This document shows, piece by piece, positions 8,499 to 16,679 of a stretch of 32,000 nt of DNA. The notes beneath the pieces are model-generated. The model was not told where the DNA came from and ran no database searches. It saw only the letters and a list, made by a program, of their open reading frames with translations. A program made the position numbers and the translations under genes. Every line of letters begins with the position of its first letter. Within the stretch, counting starts at the first letter, position 1. Origin of the DNA: Raphidiopsis brookii D9 (GTDB lineage: Bacteria > Cyanobacteriota > Cyanobacteriia > Cyanobacteriales > Nostocaceae); NCBI GenBank assembly GCA_000175855.1, contig ACYB01000035.1, positions 240,001-272,000 of the forward strand, written 5' to 3'.

Positions 8499-9503
8499 TT
8501 AACAAACACCATAAGTAACGCCTAGTTCCTTTAGCCATCGACGATAGGCAACTGTACATCGATCTGATGGCATATGGATTTCCTGTGGCAACGATTGCGT
8601 GTTTATCTGCTTTGGAGATAATAGTGGTAAACGCGTTAGTTGTTGGGCATGTAGGATCCGAATATCTTGTTCTATTGTTTGGTCATATTCGGCTAGTATC
8701 TTTGACTCTAACGTTTCATAACCATTCCACATTATCAAATAACGCAACACGCTACTGTCTTCATCAGTCGGTGTTACTACCATCAAATCCACCGTAGCAG
8801 TTTCGGAGGATTTCGTAACACAGTATTGACATAAAGGATGACTCATCCTGTACCAAGTAAACATTGAGTCATCTTTAGTAATATTGTTGAACTCTAATGC
8901 ATGTAATTGATACTTACCCATAGTAAGGCCATCTTTATTTACTTTCAGATCAAAGTCTTCGACTTCTGCTTGATTGCGATCGCCTAACGTCCCCTCGTGG
9001 ATAAAGGGAAAATGAGATACATCTATGGAATTCTCCATCACACGAAACGCACTAGATTTAATCAAGTAAGACTTCGTATAAGTCTTGTGATAATTCGGAT
9101 CATCCCATTCGGGTAATGAAGGTATATCATTAACGGGATTCCCTAAGCAAACCCACACTAAACCGTAGCGTTCCTGGCAATGATAGCTTTTGGCTATCGC
9201 ATTTGCTGGAGGTATCATGTCAGGGTGAGCTGGGATATGTACGCATTTACCAGCCTCATTGTATCTCCATCCGTGATACGGACAAACCAAAGTATTATTC
9301 GCAATTTCTCCCATCGACAGAGGAACACCTCGGTGGGGGCAGTAGTCAAGCCATACCTGTATGGGTGAATTCTGTTCGTAACTGCGCCATAGTACCAACT
9401 TTACTCCCAACAACGCAGCTGTGGTGATGCTTCCTGGTTTACAGTCTTCTACCTTTGCTACTACGTGCCAGTTGTTGATTAAGATTAGGTCAGCCGTTGT
9501 CAT
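8499..9503 (-). CDS. sxtDIOX: Third Rieske non-heme iron oxygenase paralog (SxtDIOX / GxtA-like, candidate C11 hydroxylase)
   Basis: 334-aa ORF with CPHRGVPLSMG...CPYHGWRY and DVSHFPFIHEG motifs. It is collinear with sxtT and sxtH but diverges at residues ~185-240. It lies adjacent to a sulfotransferase. The symbol is assigned from memory of the D9-type cluster. Confidence 0.75.
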   Translation of the reverse strand: MTTADLILINNWHVVAKVEDCKPGSITTAALLGVKLVLWRSYEQNSPIQVWLDYCPHRGVPLSMGEIANNTLVCPYHGWRYNEAGKCVHIPAHPDMIPPANAIAKSYHCQERYGLVWVCLGNPVNDIPSLPEWDDPNYHKTYTKSYLIKSSAFRVMENSIDVSHFPFIHEGTLGDRNQAEVEDFDLKVNKDGLTMGKYQLHALEFNNITKDDSMFTWYRMSHPLCQYCVTKSSETATVDLMVVTPTDEDSSVLRYLIMWNGYETLESKILAEYDQTIEQDIRILHAQQLTRLPLLSPKQINTQSLPQEIHMPSDRCTVAYRRWLKELGVTYGVC

Positions 9504-9587
9504 GATTGTCCTTCTTATTGTAAAAATAAAAGATTTTCCGCAGATTCTGATACTATCATAAGGGGAGAGTGAAAAGTTACATTCTAT

Positions 9588-10496
9588 TTACTGTAACCAA
9601 AGTTGTAATCTTTGTTCATCCCAGTTTAATAGACTGGCCAGTTCTTCTATTTCTGGCTGAAAATACTTCATAAGTTTTAATCGCAGTTCAGGGTCAAGTT
9701 TCTTTGGTCGTTGAGGTTGTCCAAATTTTCCTATATCGTAAAATAAAAATTTTACCAAATCGGCATAAGAACTACTTTCTAATTTTTCTACAAAATTAGG
9801 ATACTTGCGAAAAAACGACCGAACAGCAATATTAGGAATTGGTTTGGAAGGATTTTTCACTTTGATTTCTAGTGGAAAGTCAGGATCTACTCCTAAGAAT
9901 TCAAGGGTTTGGCGGTAAATACTAGCTGTATTTTTGACAAATTCATTAAAGAGAATTATATGAACATTTTCCTTACTAAACATCTTGAAGTATCTTCTTA
10001 CTTGAGTCGAATAATTTACCCAATCAAAATAAAGTAAGAACTTTATTTCCTGAACTGATTTTGATGATTTTGGTATTTTCTTACCTTGTTTTCGATCTTC
10101 TTGAGCGGCTAAGGCTTCGCTAAAATCTAAAATATCTTCGTCGCTCCATAAAAAAAGATCGCCATGCAAAGAATAAAGCATATCAGGAGGATTGCGAAGC
10201 ATAATTATTATTTTTGCATCAGAACAAAACTCTTTTATCTGTTGAGCCGCTACTTCAGAATATAGATATTCGGGGGATGATTCTCCTCTATATTTAGCAT
10301 TACCTGCTGAGTCAAAAAACTGTAAATACTTAGAAAGTCCTTTTATTTTATGCGGAAAATAATCAACATCGGGAGAGAAATAATGAAGTTCTTTTGGGTA
10401 AGACATGAAAATTTCAGGATGTTGACCCAGGTAGTCGTGCATGGATGTGGTTCCACACTTAGGAGCACCAACAACAAATAAATTTGGTTTTTTCAT
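9588..10496 (-). CDS. sxtSUL: PAPS-dependent sulfotransferase (SxtSUL-type O-sulfotransferase, or SxtN-like)
   Basis: 302-aa ORF with 5'-PSB motif VGAPKCGTTS and a 3'-PB-like RNPPDMLYS. At 909 bp it is longer than the 831 bp I recall for T3 sxtN, and it is paired with the extra Rieske gene, so I favour sxtSUL. This distinction is uncertain. Confidence 0.6.
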   Translation of the reverse strand: MKKPNLFVVGAPKCGTTSMHDYLGQHPEIFMSYPKELHYFSPDVDYFPHKIKGLSKYLQFFDSAGNAKYRGESSPEYLYSEVAAQQIKEFCSDAKIIIMLRNPPDMLYSLHGDLFLWSDEDILDFSEALAAQEDRKQGKKIPKSSKSVQEIKFLLYFDWVNYSTQVRRYFKMFSKENVHIILFNEFVKNTASIYRQTLEFLGVDPDFPLEIKVKNPSKPIPNIAVRSFFRKYPNFVEKLESSSYADLVKFLFYDIGKFGQPQRPKKLDPELRLKLMKYFQPEIEELASLLNWDEQRLQLWLQ

Positions 10497-10535
10497 ACTT
10501 TATTCCTTACATAATGAACTTTGATAAGTTTAAAA

Positions 10536-11843
10536 TCAGTTACATTCTTGGATCACTGATTGGGTAATAGGTGAGCTTTGGCTTGAAGGGTCGTGCTTAT
10601 GAGGCAATATACTTTCTCTCATCTGCTGTTGACAAATCTTCGATGCAATCATTTTTCCTGCTACCTGATGTCCTAAAGCATTCCAATGCCCTACACAGCC
10701 TTGAGTATCATCAAACCCATATAGGCAAGCATTGTTCTGCTCAGAATAAACCTGCAAATTTGGGCTGAGATTGAGTACACTGAACCCCTCATCCTCACCC
10801 AAACGTGTAATTCGCTTCTCTGGGTAAAACCAATCAGTCAGACCCAATTCTTGCATTTCTTTTTGACGCACTAAAGGTTCTCGTTGAAAGGGACCGCCAA
10901 AAGTAACAACTAAAAAATCTGCTTTCTTCGCAGTCACCTCGTGTTGCATTGAGCTAATCAGTTTCTCTGTGACTTGCCATGCCTGTTGCCATTCAGGGTC
11001 AGTAGGTGGTTTGTAGATATCAAAAAACCCGCTCAATTTTGTATCCTGTTTTCCATCACTAAATAACGGTTCCTCTATAGCTTGAGAAGAAAACCCTCTA
11101 CTAGAGTTGTTAAGAGCATCCCGTACCATGTTTAAAACCTGTAAAATCCGTGAGTGGTCTTTTATTTTCATATAAGTTTTGCCCCACCATGTCAGCTTTG
11201 AGCGATAATTATCCGTATTGATAAACGAAGCATCAACCACCAGATTACCATCTCTAAGTATAAAAAACGGCTTTAGTGAACCTAGTTCATTAGGATAGAA
11301 TTTCTGACTCAGCGCACGGGAGTTATCAACAATGTCGTTGCCAGTATAAAAATCTAGCACTACTATATCAGGTGAATAGTCCCAAACTTTCTCCCGTAGA
11401 GTAATTAGTTCTTGGTCTGTTCCATAACCAGTCACTCCAAAATTAATCACTTCCGCCTTTCGTCCAGCTAAAGCTATACAACTACTGATTTCTCCTTCTA
11501 TAACTGCTGCCAAATTTTGCTCCAACGGTACTTGCATGGACTCTACAAAGGAATCTCCCAACAGCGCTATCCTGAAGGTATTTTCTGGTTTGACCTTGAT
11601 GTGTTCTCGATCTCGAAAGCCATCACTATTCATTTGGATGTGAGCTTCACCTTCGGTTCTATACCACCCGGAAACATGAGGTCGCCCTACCCACCCCCTG
11701 TGTTCATCAATGCTATGGAATGCTATGTGTTCGATCCCGGCAATACGTAACCCAATTTCAACAAATGCTACGCCAAAGATTAGCCCACAAAAAATCAATA
11801 TTCCCATCAATGCTATCTTTACCGAACCCTTGAAGTTACTCAT
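10536..11843 (-). CDS. sxtL: GDSL/SGNH-family lipase/esterase (proposed decarbamoylase)
   Basis: 435-aa ORF with an N-terminal TM segment and a GDSF motif (LLGDSFVES). It sits downstream of sxtK. Confidence 0.85.
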   Translation of the reverse strand: MSNFKGSVKIALMGILIFCGLIFGVAFVEIGLRIAGIEHIAFHSIDEHRGWVGRPHVSGWYRTEGEAHIQMNSDGFRDREHIKVKPENTFRIALLGDSFVESMQVPLEQNLAAVIEGEISSCIALAGRKAEVINFGVTGYGTDQELITLREKVWDYSPDIVVLDFYTGNDIVDNSRALSQKFYPNELGSLKPFFILRDGNLVVDASFINTDNYRSKLTWWGKTYMKIKDHSRILQVLNMVRDALNNSSRGFSSQAIEEPLFSDGKQDTKLSGFFDIYKPPTDPEWQQAWQVTEKLISSMQHEVTAKKADFLVVTFGGPFQREPLVRQKEMQELGLTDWFYPEKRITRLGEDEGFSVLNLSPNLQVYSEQNNACLYGFDDTQGCVGHWNALGHQVAGKMIASKICQQQMRESILPHKHDPSSQSSPITQSVIQECN

Positions 11844-11854
11844 AATATGGCAAT

Positions 11855-12020
11855 TTAAAAAAGAGTGTAAATGAAAGGTGCGATCGCAGAAGATTGAGCA
11901 AAGACAATCAGCGCCCCCAAGGATACCAGGGTGATAATTAGGGGAATCAACAAATTAGTTTTTTTGTTCTTTAATAAATCCGGCAATGTCTTTAATAAAA
12001 TCCCAAGTGTCTTTTAGCAT
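11855..12020 (-). pseudogene. sxtK: sxtK-like small membrane protein gene, interrupted as sequenced by a 1-nt frameshift in an A7 run
   Basis: The ATG at 12020 overlaps the sxtJ stop (TAATG) and reads MLKDTWDFIKDIAGFIKEQKN*. A second frame continues TNLLIPLIITLVSLGALIVFAQSSAIAPFIYTLF* to 11855. Removing one A from the run at 11959-11965 (T7 on the + strand) restores a 54-aa / 165-bp gene, which is the size I recall for sxtK. Confidence 0.75.
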
Positions 12021-12463
12021 TAGAATGGTTTCTCCATACTTTGTGTAGTTCTTGACTTACTCAATTGGCGATAAGTTGGCAACTCTGGCTCGAAGATTCG
12101 CGTCATTGGATCTTGATTCAACAGCCGTCTTATGAATCCTATTGGTGTGATCATTATATAAAATAAAACTCCTAAAATAATTCGTGTTTGTATCCATCCT
12201 AAAACAAGTCCAATCCTCATCCATATTTGGTAAATAAAACTTAAAGTCGTAGGTGCGATTATTGCCCAAATCCAGAGAAATCCAGCAACAACCCAAGGGA
12301 TAACTGATAAGGAATGATGGCGTATAACTGGCAGTAAAAAGCCGAATAAAACTGCCACTATAGAACCGCCAATCAGTCCAAACTCACGCAATCCTTTTTT
12401 GTCAAGTTCTTTTATCTGTTCCATCTTTAATTTACCACTTTTTTGTGGGAAAAATTCACTCAT
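12020..12463 (-). CDS. sxtJ: SxtJ, small integral membrane protein associated with the carbamoyltransferase
   Basis: 147-aa ORF (444 bp) with 3-4 predicted TM segments. It starts 3 nt after the sxtI stop. Length and synteny match sxtJ. Confidence 0.8.
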   Translation of the reverse strand: MSEFFPQKSGKLKMEQIKELDKKGLREFGLIGGSIVAVLFGFLLPVIRHHSLSVIPWVVAGFLWIWAIIAPTTLSFIYQIWMRIGLVLGWIQTRIILGVLFYIMITPIGFIRRLLNQDPMTRIFEPELPTYRQLSKSRTTQSMEKPF

Positions 12464-12466
12464 AAG

Positions 12467-14305
12467 TTAATCTAACTCGAATTCTTTTTGCCATGACTCA
12501 TCACTATTTCCCCGTGGCTGTTCAGATTTGACCAACAAGAAATTCTCCATAACCAAATAGTCCATTTCAGTTCTCATAAAGCATCGATAAGCATCTTCGG
12601 GAGTACAAACAATTGGTTCGCCGCGGACATTAAACGAAGTATTGACCAAGACAGCACAACCAGTTCGTGCCTCAAAATGACGAATTAACTCGTAGTAACG
12701 AGGATTCGTTTCTTTGTGAACTGTCTGAATACGAGCTGAGTAATCAACGTGAGTGACTGCGGGAATTTGGGAACGAGGAACATTCAGCTTCTCGATCCCA
12801 AATAGCTCGTGTTGCTCTTGTGTCATAGGAATGTGCAGATTCTCTTTGACTTGTGCTACCAAAAGCATATAAGGACTAGGACGATCAAGATCGAAGTAGT
12901 CGGAGACTCGTTCAGCCAAGACTGAAGGAGCAAATGGACGGAAGGACTCACGATATTTAATTTTCAGGTTCATGACCGATTGCATTTTGGGACTGCGTGA
13001 ATCGCCAATAATCGAACGGCCACCCAAAGCACGCGGACCAAACTCCATTCGTCCAGAAAACCAGCCTACAACATTTCCCTGGTCTAAAATTTCTGCAAGA
13101 CGAGCCATAAGTTCGTTATCAACGCATCGATGGTAGGGTATGTTAACAGAATTAAGAAACTGGAGAATCTCCGCCTCGCTAAAGCTAGGTCCCAGATAAG
13201 AACCTTTCATGCGATCGCCTGCTGTTGAAGTGCGAGGTTTCTTATGGTATTCATGCCAAATCGCTAAAGCTGCTCCCACTGCACTACCGGCATCTCCTGC
13301 TGCGGGTTGAATCCAAATATCTTTGAAATCACTTTCTCGGAGAATTCGTCCGTTAGCCACGCAATTGAGACCGACACCACCTGCTAAACATAGATACTCT
13401 ACACCCAGTTCTTTTTTGATAGTTCTAGCCAAACGCAGTATGACTTCTTCAGTCACCTTTTGGATCGAACTTGCCAGATCCATGTCTCTTTGGGAGATTT
13501 TTCCTTCCGCCTGGCGTGGTGGTCCTCCAAACATACTATGGAACTTATGATTGGTCATGGTTAGCCCCACCGTGTAGTTGAAGTAGTCCATATTCAACCT
13601 AAAAGTACCATCTTCTTTGAGATCCAACAAATGCTTGAGAATTTGGTCCACATATTTGGGTTCCCCGTAGGGTGCTAAACCCATGAGTTTGTACTCACCT
13701 GAGTTAACTTTGAACCCGGTGTAGTAGGTAAACGCTGAGTAAAGCAAACCGAGGGAATGGGGAAAATCAATTTCCCATTGTGGTGTGAGTTTATTTCCTT
13801 CTCCCAACCAGACAGAAGTAGTTGCCCACTCTCCTACACCATCTAAGCACAGAACGGCAGCACGCTGAAAAGGACTGGGAAAAAAAGCAGCGGCCGCATG
13901 GGCTTGGTGATGTGAGGTAAACAGTAGAGGAGGCAATTGAGAAGCTTTGCACTCCCCCAAAAGCGCCAATTCTTTTTTTAAAAGTGTTTTTAGGTAAAGC
14001 TTTTCTTTGAGCCAAACGGGCATAGCAGTAATAAACGAGCCAAATCCCTTTGGGGCATATGCTAAATATGTTTCTAGCAACCGCTCAAATTTGACTAATG
14101 GCTTGTCGTAAAAAACAATTTGATCGATATATTGTAACTTGGTTCCTACTTGTTTTAGACAGTAAGTAATCGCTCCAGTCGGAAACCCAGCATCGTGCTT
14201 TCGTCTTGAGAAACGTTCTTCCTGAGCTGCAGCAACAATTTCGCCATCGATAACCATCGCGGCAGCACTATCGTGGTAGTAAGCTGAAATTCCTAAGATC
14301 TGCAT
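12467..14305 (-). CDS. sxtI: NodU/CmcH-family O-carbamoyltransferase
   Basis: 612-aa ORF (1839 bp). The N-terminal ILGISAYYHDSAAA and the motifs LCLAGGVGLNCVANG and VNTSFNVRGEPIV are typical of carbamoyltransferases. Confidence 0.92.
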   Translation of the reverse strand: MQILGISAYYHDSAAAMVIDGEIVAAAQEERFSRRKHDAGFPTGAITYCLKQVGTKLQYIDQIVFYDKPLVKFERLLETYLAYAPKGFGSFITAMPVWLKEKLYLKTLLKKELALLGECKASQLPPLLFTSHHQAHAAAAFFPSPFQRAAVLCLDGVGEWATTSVWLGEGNKLTPQWEIDFPHSLGLLYSAFTYYTGFKVNSGEYKLMGLAPYGEPKYVDQILKHLLDLKEDGTFRLNMDYFNYTVGLTMTNHKFHSMFGGPPRQAEGKISQRDMDLASSIQKVTEEVILRLARTIKKELGVEYLCLAGGVGLNCVANGRILRESDFKDIWIQPAAGDAGSAVGAALAIWHEYHKKPRTSTAGDRMKGSYLGPSFSEAEILQFLNSVNIPYHRCVDNELMARLAEILDQGNVVGWFSGRMEFGPRALGGRSIIGDSRSPKMQSVMNLKIKYRESFRPFAPSVLAERVSDYFDLDRPSPYMLLVAQVKENLHIPMTQEQHELFGIEKLNVPRSQIPAVTHVDYSARIQTVHKETNPRYYELIRHFEARTGCAVLVNTSFNVRGEPIVCTPEDAYRCFMRTEMDYLVMENFLLVKSEQPRGNSDESWQKEFELD

Positions 14306-14337
14306 TTTAACACCTTGTTGGTGAGTATAGTTTGATT

Positions 14338-14452
14338 TTCTTCCCCATCATCACTATTAGTAATACTTATTGGCAAGCTGTTGATAAAAACCAACCATTA
14401 AAATCCCTCCAGATAGCAGTGGACTCAAAACCATACCTATCCAGATACCAAC
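14338..14452 (-). pseudogene. 3'-terminal relic (~35 codons) of an sxtM-like MATE transporter gene
   Basis: A hand alignment of 14341-14449 against sxtM 6898-7005 gives 93 identical of 109 aligned positions with one 1-nt gap. The minus-strand translation GIWIGMVLSPLLSGGILMVGFYQQLANKYY** compares with SxtM GIWLGMVLSPLLSGVILMVRFYQEIAKKIANSDDGEE. SDDGEE is recovered in a shifted frame. Confidence 0.85.
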
Positions 14453-14462
14453 AACCCTGAAA

Positions 14463-15467
14463 TTAACAAACACCATAGGTAACGCCCAGTTCCTTTAGCC
14501 ATCGACGATAGGCAACTGTGCATCGATCTGACGGTACATGTATTTCCTGTGACAACCATTGCATGTTTATCTGCTTTGAAGGTAACAGTGGTAAACGCGC
14601 TGGCTGTTGAGAGTGTATAATCGGAATATCTTGTTCTATTGTTTCGTCAAATTCCTCTAGTACCGTTGACTCTAATATTTCGGAGCGGTTCCACGTTACT
14701 AACATTCGCACTAAGCTGTTGTCTTCATCAATCGGTGTTACCAGCATCAAATCCGCAGTCCGAATTTCAGAGGATTCAGTAATATAGTATTGACACAAGG
14801 GATGACTAATCCTTTGGTAAAGAGTCCATGAGTCATCTTCGTTACTGCTGTTAAACCTTGGCATCTGGAGTTTAAGGTTACCTATGCTAATGCCATCTTT
14901 GTCTACTTTTACCTCAAATTCTTCAATTTGTGCGTGGTTGCGATCACCTAACCCACCGTCGTGGACAAAAGGAAAATGAGATACATCTATGAAATTATCC
15001 ATTACACGAAACGCACTAGCTTGAATAAAATAAGATTTAGTACAAGTATTATGATAATTCGGATCGTCCCATTCGGGTAATGAAGGTATATCATTGACAG
15101 GATCACCTAAGCACACCCATACTAATCCGTATCGCTCCTGGCAATGATAGATCTTGGCTTGGGCACTTGCTGGGGGTGTCATGTCAGGGTGAGCCGGGAT
15201 ATGTACGCATTTACCTGCTTGATTATATCTCCATCCGTGATACGGACAAACCAAAGTATTATTAACAATTTCTCCCATAGACAGAGCCACACCTCGGTGA
15301 GGGCAGTAGTCTTGCCATATCTGTATGGGGGAATTCTGTTCACGACTGCGCCATAGTACCAACTTAACTCCCAATAAAAGAGCCGTGGTGATACTTCCTG
15401 GTTTACAATCTTCCACCTTTGCGACTACGTACCAGTTGTTAATTAAGATTAGGTCAGCAGTTGTCAT
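14463..15467 (-). CDS. sxtH: Rieske non-heme iron oxygenase
   Basis: 334-aa ORF with CPHRGVALSMG...CPYHGWRY and DVSHFPFVHDG motifs. It shares the upstream sequence AACTAGGAGACAATTATG with sxtT. It sits between sxtG and sxtI. Confidence 0.9.
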   Translation of the reverse strand: MTTADLILINNWYVVAKVEDCKPGSITTALLLGVKLVLWRSREQNSPIQIWQDYCPHRGVALSMGEIVNNTLVCPYHGWRYNQAGKCVHIPAHPDMTPPASAQAKIYHCQERYGLVWVCLGDPVNDIPSLPEWDDPNYHNTCTKSYFIQASAFRVMDNFIDVSHFPFVHDGGLGDRNHAQIEEFEVKVDKDGISIGNLKLQMPRFNSSNEDDSWTLYQRISHPLCQYYITESSEIRTADLMLVTPIDEDNSLVRMLVTWNRSEILESTVLEEFDETIEQDIPIIHSQQPARLPLLPSKQINMQWLSQEIHVPSDRCTVAYRRWLKELGVTYGVC

Positions 15468-15535
15468 AATTGTCTCCTAGTTGTAATGCTCTTATCACTC
15501 TGGATGATCAGGATAAAGGATAATCGAAATAAATC

Positions 15536-16669
15536 TTAAAAATAGGACTGAAGAGTTCCGCGTCGGCGAACGTCTAATGTTGCACAGTGAAATGATCCTA
15601 AAAATGGATAGTAGCTTTCAAAATGGCAAACAATAGGCTTAAATCCCCAATCTTTCAGTGCTTTAATCATCTGCTCCTGGTTTTTTTCTACAATGACTCG
15701 CTCTTCATCTAACATCAGTACATTCAAACCTGCCCATTCACTGACCAGTCTCAGCTGGTTTTGAGGTATATGGTTGGGGTAAGGTGCAACCAAAATGTCC
15801 CAGCTTTTCAGGATTTTTGGCAATTTATTAACATCTACAAATTCTGGATTTACTAGTATTTTGCCAGGTGCAAGAGGCATTAAGGTGGTATCGATGTGCA
15901 GTGCTTCCGGACAATGCGATTCAATAATATGAATACGGTATTCGTCTTCCAAGTGACGTTGTAACCATTCTATGCCCAAACCATTAGTCACATGACTTTT
16001 TTGACCAAAAATATCTCGTCCACAGCGCACAAAATCTGCCGCATCAAAAGTCGGTTCAAACTCTGTAACGACGAAACGCGGCGGCTCCCCCAGTTGAGGA
16101 AACTGGAAATTGAAGTCATACTGTGCGTCGAATAATTGTGGCTTCGGCGCTGCAGTCCACTTAGCTCCTGCCTGAAAATATTCCTTGAGCATCTCTCGAT
16201 ACGCCCAAGTTTCAAAATAGCGGTTGCGATCTGCCATTGGTGCTTCAATAATCTCATTCCCAATCACCAAAAAAACATCGCGAGGATTGGCGGCACAAAA
16301 ACCACTTCCTACTTGCCAAGCTGGTGTGGAGAAGGGGACAGAGAAATCTACAGGTTTAACTCGACGAACTTTGACCCCTTCTGCTTCAAGAATGTGAATA
16401 AATTCATTTAGTTCTTTGTGTGCTAATGTAATCATCTCTGGTGGATAAGGAACTCCTCCCCTCTCAGAGAGTATCTTTTGGGCAGATTCCAATTCTTCAA
16501 AAGGGAATGTCCATTTGTTGATTGGTTCTAGGGCCGGTAACATTGCACCTTCAACACTACCAACAATGACCTCCTCAAGTGTGTCCCACTCATTATAAGA
16601 ATTGACCGGACAAGGCTGCTTGGCGATTGGTAAATCGTTCTCTAATTCTTGGTTATTTTGATTGGTCAT
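15536..16669 (-). CDS. sxtG: L-arginine-type amidinotransferase
   Basis: 377-aa ORF (1134 bp) with amidinotransferase-fold features and a C-terminal catalytic Cys context (GSFHCATLDV). The position matches sxtG. Confidence 0.92.
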   Translation of the reverse strand: MTNQNNQELENDLPIAKQPCPVNSYNEWDTLEEVIVGSVEGAMLPALEPINKWTFPFEELESAQKILSERGGVPYPPEMITLAHKELNEFIHILEAEGVKVRRVKPVDFSVPFSTPAWQVGSGFCAANPRDVFLVIGNEIIEAPMADRNRYFETWAYREMLKEYFQAGAKWTAAPKPQLFDAQYDFNFQFPQLGEPPRFVVTEFEPTFDAADFVRCGRDIFGQKSHVTNGLGIEWLQRHLEDEYRIHIIESHCPEALHIDTTLMPLAPGKILVNPEFVDVNKLPKILKSWDILVAPYPNHIPQNQLRLVSEWAGLNVLMLDEERVIVEKNQEQMIKALKDWGFKPIVCHFESYYPFLGSFHCATLDVRRRGTLQSYF

Positions 16670-16679
16670 ATAGCTTTTC

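Noticed and set aside
5407-15356. Antisense ORFs inside the three Rieske genes (5407-5682, 5460-5684, 8567-8797, 9180-9368, 9203-9427, 15144-15356) that resemble each other
   Set aside because: They resemble each other only because the host genes are paralogs. The sequences are low complexity, with no independent support.
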